A stretch of DNA of 63,688 nt, counting the filler, from Octopus bimaculoides (Eukaryota), in the NCBI RefSeq assembly GCF_001194135.2. It is 8 parts of 8 records of this genome, joined end to end, with 100 filler letters (N's around TTAATTAATTAA, not from the genome) between each part and the next. Parts side by side here need not be neighbours in the genome. Positions count along the whole stretch, not along the records: positions 1 to 23,215 come from NC_068982.1; 7 more parts are not named here. One strand, written 5' to 3'. Shown here in pieces: positions 10,421 to 22,301 of the stretch (position 1 is its first letter; each line of letters begins with the position of its first letter). The notes beneath the pieces were generated by a model that was not told where the DNA came from, did not search any database, and saw only the letters and a program-made list of their open reading frames with translations. Position numbers and translations under genes: made by a program.

Positions 10421-12444
10421 TGTATATATATTCTTATGTACCTATGTTGCTATTATATATATATGAACATACACACGAGAATGTACTGTACATATCTAAT
10501 ACGGTTGTCAATCTATAGTGAAGTCCTGATCTACACAGCCATCATCTGCCATATCATAATCGCGTACAGAATGACTGATCACGCTCTCCGAAATGTTTTT
10601 CTCCATTTACTTTGCATTCGGAAATGTCAAGTCATCCGACATGGTTGTGTATCACGGAAGTCGTCTACATCCGGTTAGCGCACATAATGAAGTTGTAGTA
10701 AACCGCTTCAATAAAAATAAGAAGTACACAAGGTTTTCAATGCCGCTGCTCTGTTAACTGTAACATGTTCGCTGGACACAAACAGCACTGAGTGAATCGT
10801 GAACAGAGGTGTCTGGTAATCGATTACATCATCTATCTCTGTCTCTTTATCTAAAACTATGATTTATTGGTCAAAAACTGTCAGTCGGAATATTCTGTTG
10901 GTTGTATTCTTTTAGTTTTAAATCGTTAGCCAAAGAATATTTTTTTTCTGATTCATTCGTTTTTCTCAAACGCATTGACTTACATCACACATGCATACAC
11001 ATAAAATATTTATTTATAGCTGTGTGTGTATGTATGTATGTATGTATGTATGTATCTATATATGCTCGTACACTTTACTGTCTTTTACTTGTTTCAGTCA
11101 TTTGACTGCGGCTATGCTGGAGCACCGCCTTTTAGTCGAGCAAATCGACCCCAGGACTTATTCTTTGTAAGCCTAGTACTTATTCTATCGGTCTCTTTTT
11201 GCCGAACCACTAAGTTACGGAGACGTAAACACGCCACCATCGGTTGTCAAGCGATGTTGGGGGGACAAACAAAGACAGGCAAACNNNNNNNNNNNNNNNN
11301 NNNNNNNNNNNNNNNNNNNNNNNNNNNNNNNNNNNNNNNNNNNNNNNNNNNNNNNNNNNNNNNNNNNNNNNNNNNNNNNNNNNNNNNNNNNNNNNNNNNN
11401 NNNNNNNNNNNNNNNNNNNNNNNNNNNNNNNNNNNNNNNNNNNNNNNNNNNNNNNNNNNNNNNNNNNNNNNNNNNNNNNNNNNNNNNNNNNNNNNNNNNN
11501 NNNNNNNNNNNNNNNNNNNNNNNNNNNNNNNNNNNNNNNNNNNNNNNNNNNNNNNNNNNNNNNNNNNNNNNNNNNNNNNNNNNNNNNNNNNNNNNNNNNN
11601 NNNNNNNNNNNNNNNNNNNNNNNNNNNNNNNNNNNNNNNNNNNNNNNNNNNNNNNNNNNNNNNNNNNNNNNNNNNNNNNNNNNNNNNNNNNNNNNNGCCT
11701 GAGGCAATAGTAGAAGACACTCGCTAAGGTGACACGCAGTGGGAATGAACCCAGAACCACGTGGTTGGTAAGCAAGCTACTTACTACACAGCCACTCATA
11801 TATATATATATATATATATACACGTAGTAAATATACACACATGGAAAAACATAATTATTTAAGAATGTGATAAATATTTTAGATTGCTTGAATTAATACT
11901 GAATTTAATCTCTAGATTTTGCATAAACTAGTACTCAGTACGATGTCTGCTGAAACAGTTTCATTCCCATACGCCCGTATGTCGCAAAAGAGTCTTTACT
12001 CTTTATAAGGACTGTATATCGAAACCGCTCTCGCGTTTCTTTCTTGTTTATTTATTCAAATCCAAAATTACACACCAGTGTTTCAGGATATTTTGAAATT
12101 GAAGTCCTACAGACTGTGCTTGCAAAGCTCTCTCTCTCNNNNNNNNNNNNNNNNNNNNNNNNNNNNNNNNNNNNNNNNNNNNNNNNNNNNNNNNNNNNNN
12201 NNNNNNNNNNNNNNNNNNNNNNNNNNNNNNNNNNNNNNNNNNNNNNNNNNNNNNNNNNNNNNNNNNNNNNNNNNNNNNNNNNNNNNNNNNNNNNNNNNNN
12301 NNNNNNNNNNNNNNNNNNNNNNNNNNNNNNNNNNNNNNNAGTTCGGTAGGTTAAAAGAAACATTATCGGTAAACTTATACAAAAAATTTATAAATATAAG
12401 CATAATTATAATTAAAGTTCAGCAAAAGTTGCTGCACCACATAC

Positions 12445-12515
12445 CGAAATTTAGAAATAGCTGTTAAATACTATTCCACTACCATAAGATATCTCCCAGA
12501 CAGCAATACTCCCAA
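12445..12515 (-). pseudogene. Candidate exon (GSIAVWEISYGSGIVFNSYF*IS) with internal TAA
   Basis: Strong acceptor tttttctctttgcctgcgtcAG and donor TTCG|GTATGT; 71 nt, phase 1 in and 0 out. All three frames contain a stop. Confidence 0.5.
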
Positions 12516-12673
12516 CTGACGCAGGCAAAGAGAAAAAATAACAAAATGACGTTAATTGTTAAGAGATTATTTTGTTGTTGTTTAGAAGAATCGTTTCTTC
12601 CAGTTAAAGCTTAAAATTTTATGTACTTGCAATAGTTTAGAATCCTTTATCATTTAATATAGGTGTTGCAGTA

Positions 12674-13495
12674 GGGCGGTGAGCTGGCAGAAACGTTAGC
12701 ACGCCAGGGGAAAAGCTTAGCGGTAATTCTTCTGTCTTTATGTTCTTAGTTCAAATTCCACCGGAGTCGACTTTGCCTTTCATCCTTTCGGGGCCGATAA
12801 ATTAAATACCAGTTGCCTAATCGACTTTCTGCTTCCCCCAAAACTTTGGGCCTTGCGCCTTGAGTAGAGAAGATCATTATTATTAAAGCAGCAAACTGGC
12901 AAAATCATTATCAAGCTTTACCTTTCATCCCTCTAGGGGTCAATAAAACATAGCAGTGAAGTATTAAGGTCAGTGGTATTGACTAACTCTTCTCATATAG
13001 CTACTGGCCATGTGCCAAAATGAGACACTGTTATTATTATTATTATTAAGGCGGCGAGCAGGCAGAAACTTTAGCACGCCGGGTGAAATGCTTAGCGGTG
13101 TTTCGCCTGTCTTTATGTCTTGAGTTCAAATCCCAGCGAGGTCTACTTTGCCTTTCATCCTTTCAGGGTCAATAATTTAAGTACCATTTGCGTTCTTGGG
13201 TAAATCTAATTGACTGGCTCTCTTCCCAAAATTTCGGCCCTTGTACCTAGAGTAGAAAAGAATATTTAAACGTTATAAGGCGGCGAGCTGCTAGAAACGT
13301 TGGCACTTTGGGTGAAATGCTGAGCAGTATTTCGTCTGTCTTTATGTTCTGAGTTCAAATTCCACCACGGTCGACTTTGCCTTTCATCCGTTCAGGATCA
13401 ATAAATTCAGAACCAGTTGCATACCAGGGTCGATTTAATCGACTTGCTCCGCCCCCAAAATTTCGGGCCTTGTACCTAGAGTGGAAAAGAATGTA
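12674..13495 (+). mobile_element. Head-to-tail cluster of tRNA-derived SINEs (family A, about 210 bp)
   Basis: Repeated ggcggcgagctggcagaaacgttagcacgc...gagttcaaattc...gtagaaaaga units with a B box. Other approximate copies: 1730-1945, 2731-2945, 7570-7765, 30010-30615, 40605-41015, 53460-53830. Confidence 0.8.
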
Positions 13496-13813
13496 GTTGT
13501 TGCTCTCGACCAATACGTAAAACGAAATTTTGAAGCTAAGTTGATCATTGAATTCACATGGAAATGTTTTTAGAGGGGCGGGTTTCATCTTGATAATTGA
13601 ATTTTAGATTTGCGATTATTTTAATAACTGAACATCATTCATAGGTATGCTTGGGCACAAGTTAAAGATCTGGTATGTTTGAAACCTTGATCAAGAAACT
13701 TCAACTCAGCGCTTTATACGTCCATTTCAGCATTGATGGAGGGTAGAGACCTCGGCATTTAGTAACTACGTACAGATAATTTGCGTACAGATAAATATAA
13801 CTATGTTTTATAC

Positions 13814-13908
13814 CAGCTGTAAATTCGTTTGCACGAACATTAGGCACATGGCAGCTGAATTCATTTTGCAGTTTGGAGTGGATTTTGTGTGCAATAACAT
13901 TAAAGACG
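13814..13908 (-). CDS. Candidate exon of the CUB-like locus (VFNVIAHKIHSKLQNEFSCHVPNVRANEFTA)
   Basis: Acceptor ctcatttctctAG and donor GCTG|GTATAA; 95 nt. The phase-1 exit matches the phase-1 entry of 12515. Confidence 0.3.
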
Positions 13909-14176
13909 CTAGAGAAATGAGATTCTGTTAAAACCTATCTTTCGGTTTGGGCGAGTAAATAGTATATGTAATGTGTTACTGATGAAAAACAAAAAAAATG
14001 ATTTCAAAATTACATTTAGACTGCTTTAGTCAATGTTAGAAGTGTAGATAAGGGCCATAGAGTAATTTCACTTATAATGTATTTTCTTACTTTTTCACAC
14101 ATAGATTGCAAATAGTGTTTGTGTTATTATATGTGTTTTGCCTGCAAATAATAACACACACACATCTGTTGATATA

Positions 14177-14245
<69 letters not shown>

Positions 14246-15061
14246 TACATCGACACTACACGTACATATTTATACATGTGCGAGTATATATATATTTATA
14301 TACATATTCACCAGAAGCGATAAATTACTAACACACTTACCTACAGAAGTGTAAGTTATTTTTTAATACATTATATATATGTAATGGTTATTTACTGAAA
14401 TCTGTTTACAAGATAAACTGCCGTATTGCATGTTAGTAGTTGGCTAGGCTATGGGCACATGGTAACTCTGGGTTCTTCTTCCGAAACCTTAAATCAATTA
14501 TCTGGGACACCATTAGCAAGGCAATATGCAACATTACTAACAAATGGTTGGAAAAATGCTATTTAACTCCGGTACCACATACGTTGTTTTCCGCTAAATT
14601 GATGATTAATTAAATTATTGCATTTCATATTATATCATTAATGATCATGTTTGCTTCTATTTTCATTATTATGATTAGAAAATTAATTAATTTGTTGACA
14701 GCAAATATTAAAAAAAAAAAAACTCACTAATAGGAGGCGCACACACGTACACATAGGTACACACAAAAGCACAGAGATGAATACACAAAATAACAGAGTT
14801 AATTCTTTGACAGCTAAACGTCATTAAATAAGTTTGTTACTACAAGTACAGCACAGATTAGTTTCTATGCGTTATAATTAACATGTAAAATTTAATTAAA
14901 TAGAACATTAACCTCTTACAGGGAAAGTTGTATTTTTGAGCATTCGACGCCAAAAACCTGTAATTCATTAACACTTTTGTATTCGTATCAAAATACACTT
15001 TATCGGCGTTAACACGAGTGAATCACAATTCAAATTGTCTGTCTGTCTGTCTGTTTGTCTG

Positions 15062-15127
<66 letters not shown>

Positions 15128-15829
15128 AGTCTGTCTGCCACATTCTCTGTTTGTGTGCCTGTCTGTCTAACTATCTATTACATGATATATATATCATTAT
15201 TCAGTTTTATTTCAAAATTTCTTGCCAACAGAGGAAGAGCCGGTTTCTAACCTAGATCCAAGGCCCCTTCATTGGAATTTCAACATCAACAACGGANNNN
15301 NNNNNNNNNNNNNNNNNNNNNNNNNNNNNNNNNNNNNNNNNNNNNNNNNNNNNNNNNNNNNNNNNNNNNNNNNNNNNNNNNNNNNNNNNNNNNNNNNNNN
15401 NNNNNNNNNNNNNNNNNNNNNNNNNNNNNNNNNNNNNNNNNNNNNNNNNNNNNNNNNNNNNNNNNNNNNNNNNNNNNNNNNNNNNNNNNNNNNNNGAAGA
15501 GCCGGTTTCTAACCTAGATCCAAGGCCCCTTCATTGGAATTTCAACATCAACAACGGAATATTTTTGTTTGCATGTATGTATAAATGTATGTATGTATGT
15601 ATATATGTATGTACGTATATGTGAAGATTTATGTTTTGCGTTATGTATGTATTCTCATGCATGTAGTTGCATATCTACATATGAATGTATATATGCATGT
15701 AAATATGTATGTATGTATGTACGTACGTACGTATACATGATTATGTGCAGATTCCTATGTGTTGTATTATGTATGTAGCCTCGTGTATATAGTTGCATAT
15801 ATTGACATGCTTATATACACTTTCGTGAT

Positions 15830-17535
15830 AAACTTCTGTAAACTTTGACAGATATTTACAGTTCCAGTGATCTGCGGTCTTTGAATCAGTTTTCTGTGTT
15901 TGTTTTTGTTTGTTTGAGAAACCTAATTTCTCAAGATTGGTATTTAGGCAGTGTCTTACATATCCCAGAGCCCCAATAATTACAGGTATAAACATGAACT
16001 TGTAATCTGGATAGAGTAACTGTAGATTTCTCAATGGTTCGGCGTAGATGTCTTTTTCGGTGATCTTCAGCTTTATGTTAACATCCACTGGGCTGCTAAT
16101 TTCCACAACTCTACACAGTTTCTATACTGTATCCAAAATCATTAAGTCAGGTCTGTTGTACTTACATTTTATTGAGGTCTTCACTGGTACGTTCCACCAG
16201 TATTCCTTTTTTATTACGAGTGGCTATGGCTTCTACCATATTGTAGGTATTTATTTCTTTGTCCTCGGGGTTATCCTTCCGACGGTTTTCATTATAGAGT
16301 GTCCTAGCTACAAAATCATTTCTCATCGATAGGTAATATCGTGATGACATTTTCGGACAACTGCTTATGATGTGGGTGATATCTTCAGTGTGAACGCCAC
16401 AAATCTGTATCGGTTGTCACATTTTACGGCTTTTTCTTCACCTCTATCCCTTTTGTGCATCAGGTACTTGGTTGATATTCCCTGTTCTTAGATTCGAAAT
16501 GCCTACCCTCTAAAGTGGGAGGTAGTAATCTGGTTATTCATCCATGATAAACTGCTTTGATGATCGATGTTACAATCATCACAGAGCTTTCTACTAACAT
16601 AACAATAATATTCTGCTCATATAGGCTCATCCTTTCATCTGATGATACGTTGCGGTAGAGTCGTGCGACATCTTTAGGCATGTATTCTAGGTTATCAGAC
16701 AAGGAATGTTGCTCAGGAAATTCCCTTCCAAGTCTTATGATGCTATCATCCTCATGTAAGCAAACTTGGTCAAGGATGGCACATCGACACTTGGTGGTTA
16801 AGAGATATTGCCGAAGGGATATAATGACGCGACATCCAAAAGCATTTTGGATCGATGTTAAGTCTCTGCCGCCTTGTTTCCGTTTTAGGTAGAGGCGATC
16901 TATGTCACTGTTTATGTGGAAGTTATGTGTGCTTGTTAGTATTTGTCGGATTTTCACATCAATAGCTCGGTTCTCATCAAACGTCCAATCAACCAGCCCA
17001 ACTGTTGGTATGAGTACTGACACTGCAAACACATTATAGGCCACTGTTTTATTGAATGTAGAGAGTTCGGGTGCCCATATTTTCTTTATTCAGCTGTAAT
17101 ATTTTTTAGTTACACTTGTTTTGCTACAGGTGCCATTGTAAGATATATTTCATCCACCCCTAGATACCTGTAACATTCCTCGTCAGATACAGAAAAAACA
17201 GTCAAATCATAGATGGAAATGTTACTAGTCTGGTTTACAGTTTGTTTTCTTCCTTTTCACAACGATATAACAACATTTATCCTGATCAAACTGCAATCCT
17301 ACATCCTTTGAGAATGTTGCAACTTGGTCAAGGCTCTTTTTCATCCACTGCATATTCAATGCATGAAGTTTCAAGTCATCCACAAACAAACGGTGTGTAA
17401 TTTTGGTATTTCTGTTTCCTTGTGAACGAGTGAGATATCCATCGGACTTCCTTAACATGAATGACAAGGGGTTTACAAAATGTATAAACAACATCACAGA
17501 GAGGCTGTCTCCTCCGAATATGCCTTTGCGATACT
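15830..17535 (-). mobile_element. R4/Dong-like non-LTR retrotransposon remnant (RT, CCHC, RLE)
   Basis: Peptides LFVDDLKL (RT), DIDRLYLKRKQGGRDL and EISSPVDVNI...LQLLYPDYKFMFIPVIIGALG (RLE); multiple stops and frameshifts. Confidence 0.8.
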
Positions 17536-17736
17536 GTATGTATGTATGTATGTATGTATGTATGTATGTATGTATGTATGTACGTTTATGACTACATACA
17601 CCCCCCGTTCAGTGTTAACTGCTGGGGGGAAGTACTCACTTTCATAGAAGAGATTAGTAAAATATTTTATTAGGTGCACAAAACGTTCAGGCAAATTGAG
17701 AGTGGAAATTGATGGGGTTGCACGCACACGCACACT

Positions 17737-17778
<42 letters not shown>

Positions 17779-17922
17779 TGCACATATACAAGCACACGCC
17801 CACATACGCGCACGCATATATTATATACGTGTATATATGTGTGTGTGTGTGTGTGTGTGCGCGCGTAGGTGGGTGCCTTGTGCGTACTCACACACACGCG
17901 CACACACATACACACGCATATA

Positions 17923-19160
17923 CAGGGCTTTGATAAAATAATGGAAACACCTAGCATCATGGGGTCATAATTTTGGAATATCTGTAAAACCGTCAAAAGC
18001 TTGTTTATTCTTATGTTTTTGATTTATTATTAGTGTTAATATGTTTTGCTAAAATTGCTGTTTCTTTTGAGATATCATCAGAAAATGAGAAATAAAATGC
18101 ATTAAAATGGCAGATCTATCGTACATTGAAAGAGGTCAAATTGTTTGTGCTTGTATGGCAGGCGCTAGCGTAACGAAAACAACCGAAATGTTTGGCGTAT
18201 GAAGAAGTAGTGTCTCGAAAGTGATGACAGCTTTGAGAAAGAGGAAAACACCTCCTCGTCTAAACAAAACTCCGGAAGAAAACCAAAACTTTCAGATAGG
18301 GAACGTCAGACTCTTATGCGAATTCTTAGAAAGGATCATAAAAGTAGAGCTGCCAAAATTACTGCAGAGCTTAGTGATCACAAAAACTGTTCGCTGGGAG
18401 CTGTACAAAGCCGGATTTCACGGTTGGGCTGCAATCAGAAAACCACTACTTTCAAAAACAAACGTTGCAAAGCGTTTAGAGTGGAGTAAAAGCCTACAGA
18501 ATTGGTCCCTAGAGCAGTGGAAGAATGTAATTTTCTCGGACTTGTCATCCTTTACCTTATTTCTGACCATCGGCCGAGTATGCGTGTGGAGACAACCAAA
18601 AGAAACATTTGACTCAGACTGCCTTCTTCCAACTGTTAAACATGGAGGATCTGTGATGATCTCGGGCGCTATATTTTGGAAATCCGCTGGCCCAATGGTT
18701 CCCCTACATGGCAGAATTAATAGTCAAGACTAAGCATTTTATCTGATCAAATTCATCCTATGGTTGCGGAACTATTTCCGGAAGGAAACACAATCTTTCA
18801 CGATGATAATGCACCATTTCACACAGCTAAAGTTGTTACTGAATGGCAGGAGGAACACTGTAGTGATGTTGAACATCTTATCTGGCCACCACAGTCCCCA
18901 GATCTCAATATTATCGAATATTTATGGTGCATTTTAGAAAATCAAGTAAGGAGTCGATATCCTCCACCATTATCACTACAAGAACTGGAGACTTTTAGCT
19001 GAAGAATGAACAAAAATTCCTTTGGAAACAATTCAAACTTTGTATGAGTCCATACCTCGTAGAATTCAAGCTGTAATTAATGCCAAAGGTGGTCTTACCC
19101 CATATTAAAATAAATATGTTTGAAATTCTAAAGTGTTTCCATTCTTTTGCCCAACCCCCG
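17923..19160 (+). mobile_element. Tc1-like DNA transposon, frameshifted DD34E-type transposase
   Basis: Imperfect TIRs (cagggctttgataaaataatggaaacac / gtgtttccattcttttgcccaacccccg) are flanked by TA on both sides. Peptide motifs VIFSD, VKHGGSVMI, FHDDNAPFH and WPPQSPDLNIIE. Confidence 0.9.
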
Positions 19161-19977
19161 TATGTATATATACCAACACAAATGAATTAAGAAAGTTTAA
19201 TCTGTACACGATTTGGAATGTTGTTGTTGGCCTTATTTCTTTATAGACTTATTTACTTGCTTTCAAATCCCGCCAAGTATTGTTCGCTGGCTTCATTTGA
19301 AATTCAAATATTATCCATATTATATGTATAATTTATAGTAATACGTACACTTACACACAAACACACACACGCAGATAGAGAGAGACACACACACACATTC
19401 AAGAATGCACATTTTGTCTGTACATGAAACTAAATGAAATAGAAATCATTGCAAGAGACTACTTAAAAACAAGACGGAGTCAGTAATGTAAACTATACAT
19501 CTCCAACAGTCACATACTGGAAGATTTAAAGCAAAATTATCAGTTATTACTTATCATCAGGATTCTTGTTTTGTCCATAGTTAGCTAGAGGTCATTTTAT
19601 CATATTTACACAAAGGTGGGCAATTTGGCCAAATTCACAGTGTAGGGATGGCTACAGAATATGTAATCAAGTCTCTCCGGACAACAGTTATATATCCAGA
19701 TGACTTAGTAAATATCTTCGCTTTGTGTAATCTATTAGAAAATGCTATTTGTGATATTCATTTATTTCCTGAGAGACATACGAATGTAATTGAATTGAAT
19801 ATTATTAAAGGCAAGCCGAAATTAGAGCAAGACACTTGAGTCCACCTCCTGCCGTGNNNNNNNNNNGCTGATGTATATATAAGATTAGAAAATTAACTAT
19901 TGTTGATCTTGGTAAACACTATCTCCAGTCTACTTTGAAGAACCAAAGACATATACAAATAAATTAAAGAACGCTCC

Positions 19978-20072
<95 letters not shown>

Positions 20073-20124
20073 CGTGCGTGCGTGAATGAGTGTAGGTGTG
20101 CGTGTGCGTATGTATATATACATA

Positions 20125-21735
20125 CACTACTATCCAAAAGTTTAAAATCACCTAGGCTTATTTTGACAAAATATCTGCAAAATGTAAATAACAGAGATTC
20201 TGGTGAAATATGTTATTAATGTATAGTTACATTCATTAGATGACATAATTAACTCAGCAACTAAATAAAACTGTGAAAAATGAGAGAAAATCTTAAAATC
20301 TTGGACTCATCGAAATAGTCGCCATCAATGTGGGACAGACTCTAGGCATTCTTTCCACCATTAAAAGCAAATATTGGCTAGTAATAATTTGCTACTCCTC
20401 TTGTAAGAGTGTCCAGAGGGTTTCTGCACTACTCAATCGTGGCTTTTTGACTCTGTGATCCAATTCATCATACACAATTTTGATAGGATTGCAGTCAGTG
20501 GGTTTGGGCTCGGCCATTCATCCATTTCCTTCTCGAAATAGTTTTTGCATAGATTAGAAGTATGATTAGGATCGTTATCTTGAATGAGCACGAAATTATC
20601 ACCGATCAGCCTCGTCCCAAACGGAATGACATAACACTAGCGGATAGAGTGTATTCGGTTTTGGTTCAATATTCCTGTTAACCGATGAATATCCCCAAAA
20701 CTATTGCCTGCAAAACACCTCCAGATCATCACACTCCACCCACCATGCTTTACATTTGGTACTATACACTCAGGAGTGATCCATTCACCAATTTCTCTCT
20801 TTATATAAACATTACGTCAGGATCCGAAGATTTCAAATTTTGATTCATCAGACCAGACGACTCGTTTGCATCGATGAACGGTCCACGTGTCTTGCTTTCT
20901 GGCCCATATAAGTCGCTTATGTTTATTGAGAGTTCAAAGCAGTGGTTTTCTGGCAGCACAACGATGATTTAGACCAGCAGCAATGAGTCTTCTCCTCATG
21001 GTTGTACGAGATACATTAGCTTCTTTGGCTTCACTTGTGCAGCGATTTCATTTGACGTTAGGCGCCTGTTTCGAAAATTGGTGACTCTGACGAACTTATC
21101 CTGTGATTTGGATGTCACTTTTAGGCGAGCTGACTGAGTTCTGTCGTTATTTTTTACTGGTTCGATATACCTCACAATGGTGGAGCGGACGGCAGTGTTG
21201 GAAACTCAAACTTCTTTCGCTATATCTCAAAAACTCTAGCCTTCTCTGAGTAATGTGATAATGTCTTGTCTCTTTCCAGGCGATAAATTACTGGTTTGCC
21301 CATATTTAGGTTGATTTTTAGGAATTTCACTAATTCTTTTTAATTTTAATAATTGAACCGGAAGGAAACTATAACACATTTAATGCAGTCATTAAGTAGT
21401 GTTATCTCAACCGACAGCATACGAGGAGTGGAAAGAATCAAAAGGTGTTGAAATGTTGCCAATAAGTTGATGCTAAAATGATTTTGATAACATTCCCAAA
21501 TACGCTTGCCATCAAGAAATATGATTATTAGCATATACGATGTGTATAAATAATATTATTTGCATATAAATATGTATAAATAGCATATCGGATAAACGCC
21601 AAACTTTATACAATGCGTTATTTTGTATTTTTTTATACCAAAAAAATATCTAAATCAATGACACTGAGCTAAAAATTCTACTTTGAAACAAACTTTTGTA
21701 GTTGATCTTAAAATTTCGGACACACGCACACACGT

Positions 21736-21815
<80 letters not shown>

Positions 21816-21854
21816 TCACTCACACGCATATATATACTTTTGGATAGTAGTCTG
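20125..21854 (-). mobile_element. Decayed Tc1-like transposon
   Basis: Inverted ends cactactatccaaaagt / acttttggatagtagt. Minus-strand transposase traces include ESKFEIFGS and VKHGGWSVMIW. Confidence 0.75.
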
Positions 21855-21895
21855 TATTTTTATATATATAGATAGTATAAATATATTTATATAAT

Positions 21896-21928
<33 letters not shown>

Positions 21929-22190
21929 TTATGTATATATTATTTATATATATATGGAGAGGTTGAATTATATTTTATCCTTTACTTTGGAGGGTCCCAC
22001 AGGGCGATTTTTAACAAAGTTCCTTCATATTTTGGTGGTAGCTTACTGGCGTAAGATTTTTGCGAATATGAAATTATTACATGTATATTGTGTGTTATGG
22101 GAATTTATGGAAAAGTATCCCATGGTGACTGAATAAGTATGTTAAAAATGGATACAAGAAGATGCTAAAATTTAAAAGAATTATAATACA

Positions 22191-22301
22191 TGCATCCGAT
22201 CGTTTCGAACAACGATATTAACATGTAAATAACAAGGTAGAATGATTAAGATTAATTTGAATAGATTAAATTAATTACATATCAATGTTCTCCTCAGTGC
22301 A
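22191..22301 (-). ncRNA. Type I hammerhead ribozyme relic with U16.1>G
   Basis: Minus strand reads UGCA CUGAGGA GAACAUUGAUAU...AUAUCGUUGUUC GAAA CGAUCG GA UGCA. Stem I is 4 bp and stem II is 12 bp with one mismatch. The stem III palindrome ACGAUCG(U) is broken by G at 22196. Confidence 0.7.

Larger units (their letters stand above)
3093..13908 (-). pseudogene. Candidate multi-exon gene or unprocessed pseudogene encoding tandem CUB-like domains, with in-frame stops at 12453-12451 (TAA) and 4084-4082 (TAG)
   Basis: Chain of AG/GT-bounded segments with mostly matching phases: 13908-13814, 12515-12445, 9861-9702, 6091-6030, 4151-4008, 3737-3623, 3149-3093. The translation shows a CUB-like pattern twice (W-x-I..G..I-x-F..F...C..+..+....C...L-x-L-S..NN.T..G-F/Y). 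The domain call is by eye only. Confidence 0.5.

Noticed and set aside
10480-10800. CpG-richer stretch with possible start (MADDG) or promoter-like motifs
   Set aside because: There is no convincing donor in a compatible phase, and no function can be supported from sequence.
14400-14957. Further possible upstream exons (14920-14957; degenerate frame near 14420-14595)
   Set aside because: The first is too short and open in all frames; the second has stops in all frames. Support is insufficient.
15236-15556. Identical 60-bp segments on both sides of an N gap
   Set aside because: Typical contig-end overlap artefact, like 24228-25055.
19893-20219. Numerous HT/CV/YI/poly-residue ORFs and ORFs spanning X runs
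   Set aside because: They are translations of microsatellites or N gaps, not genes.
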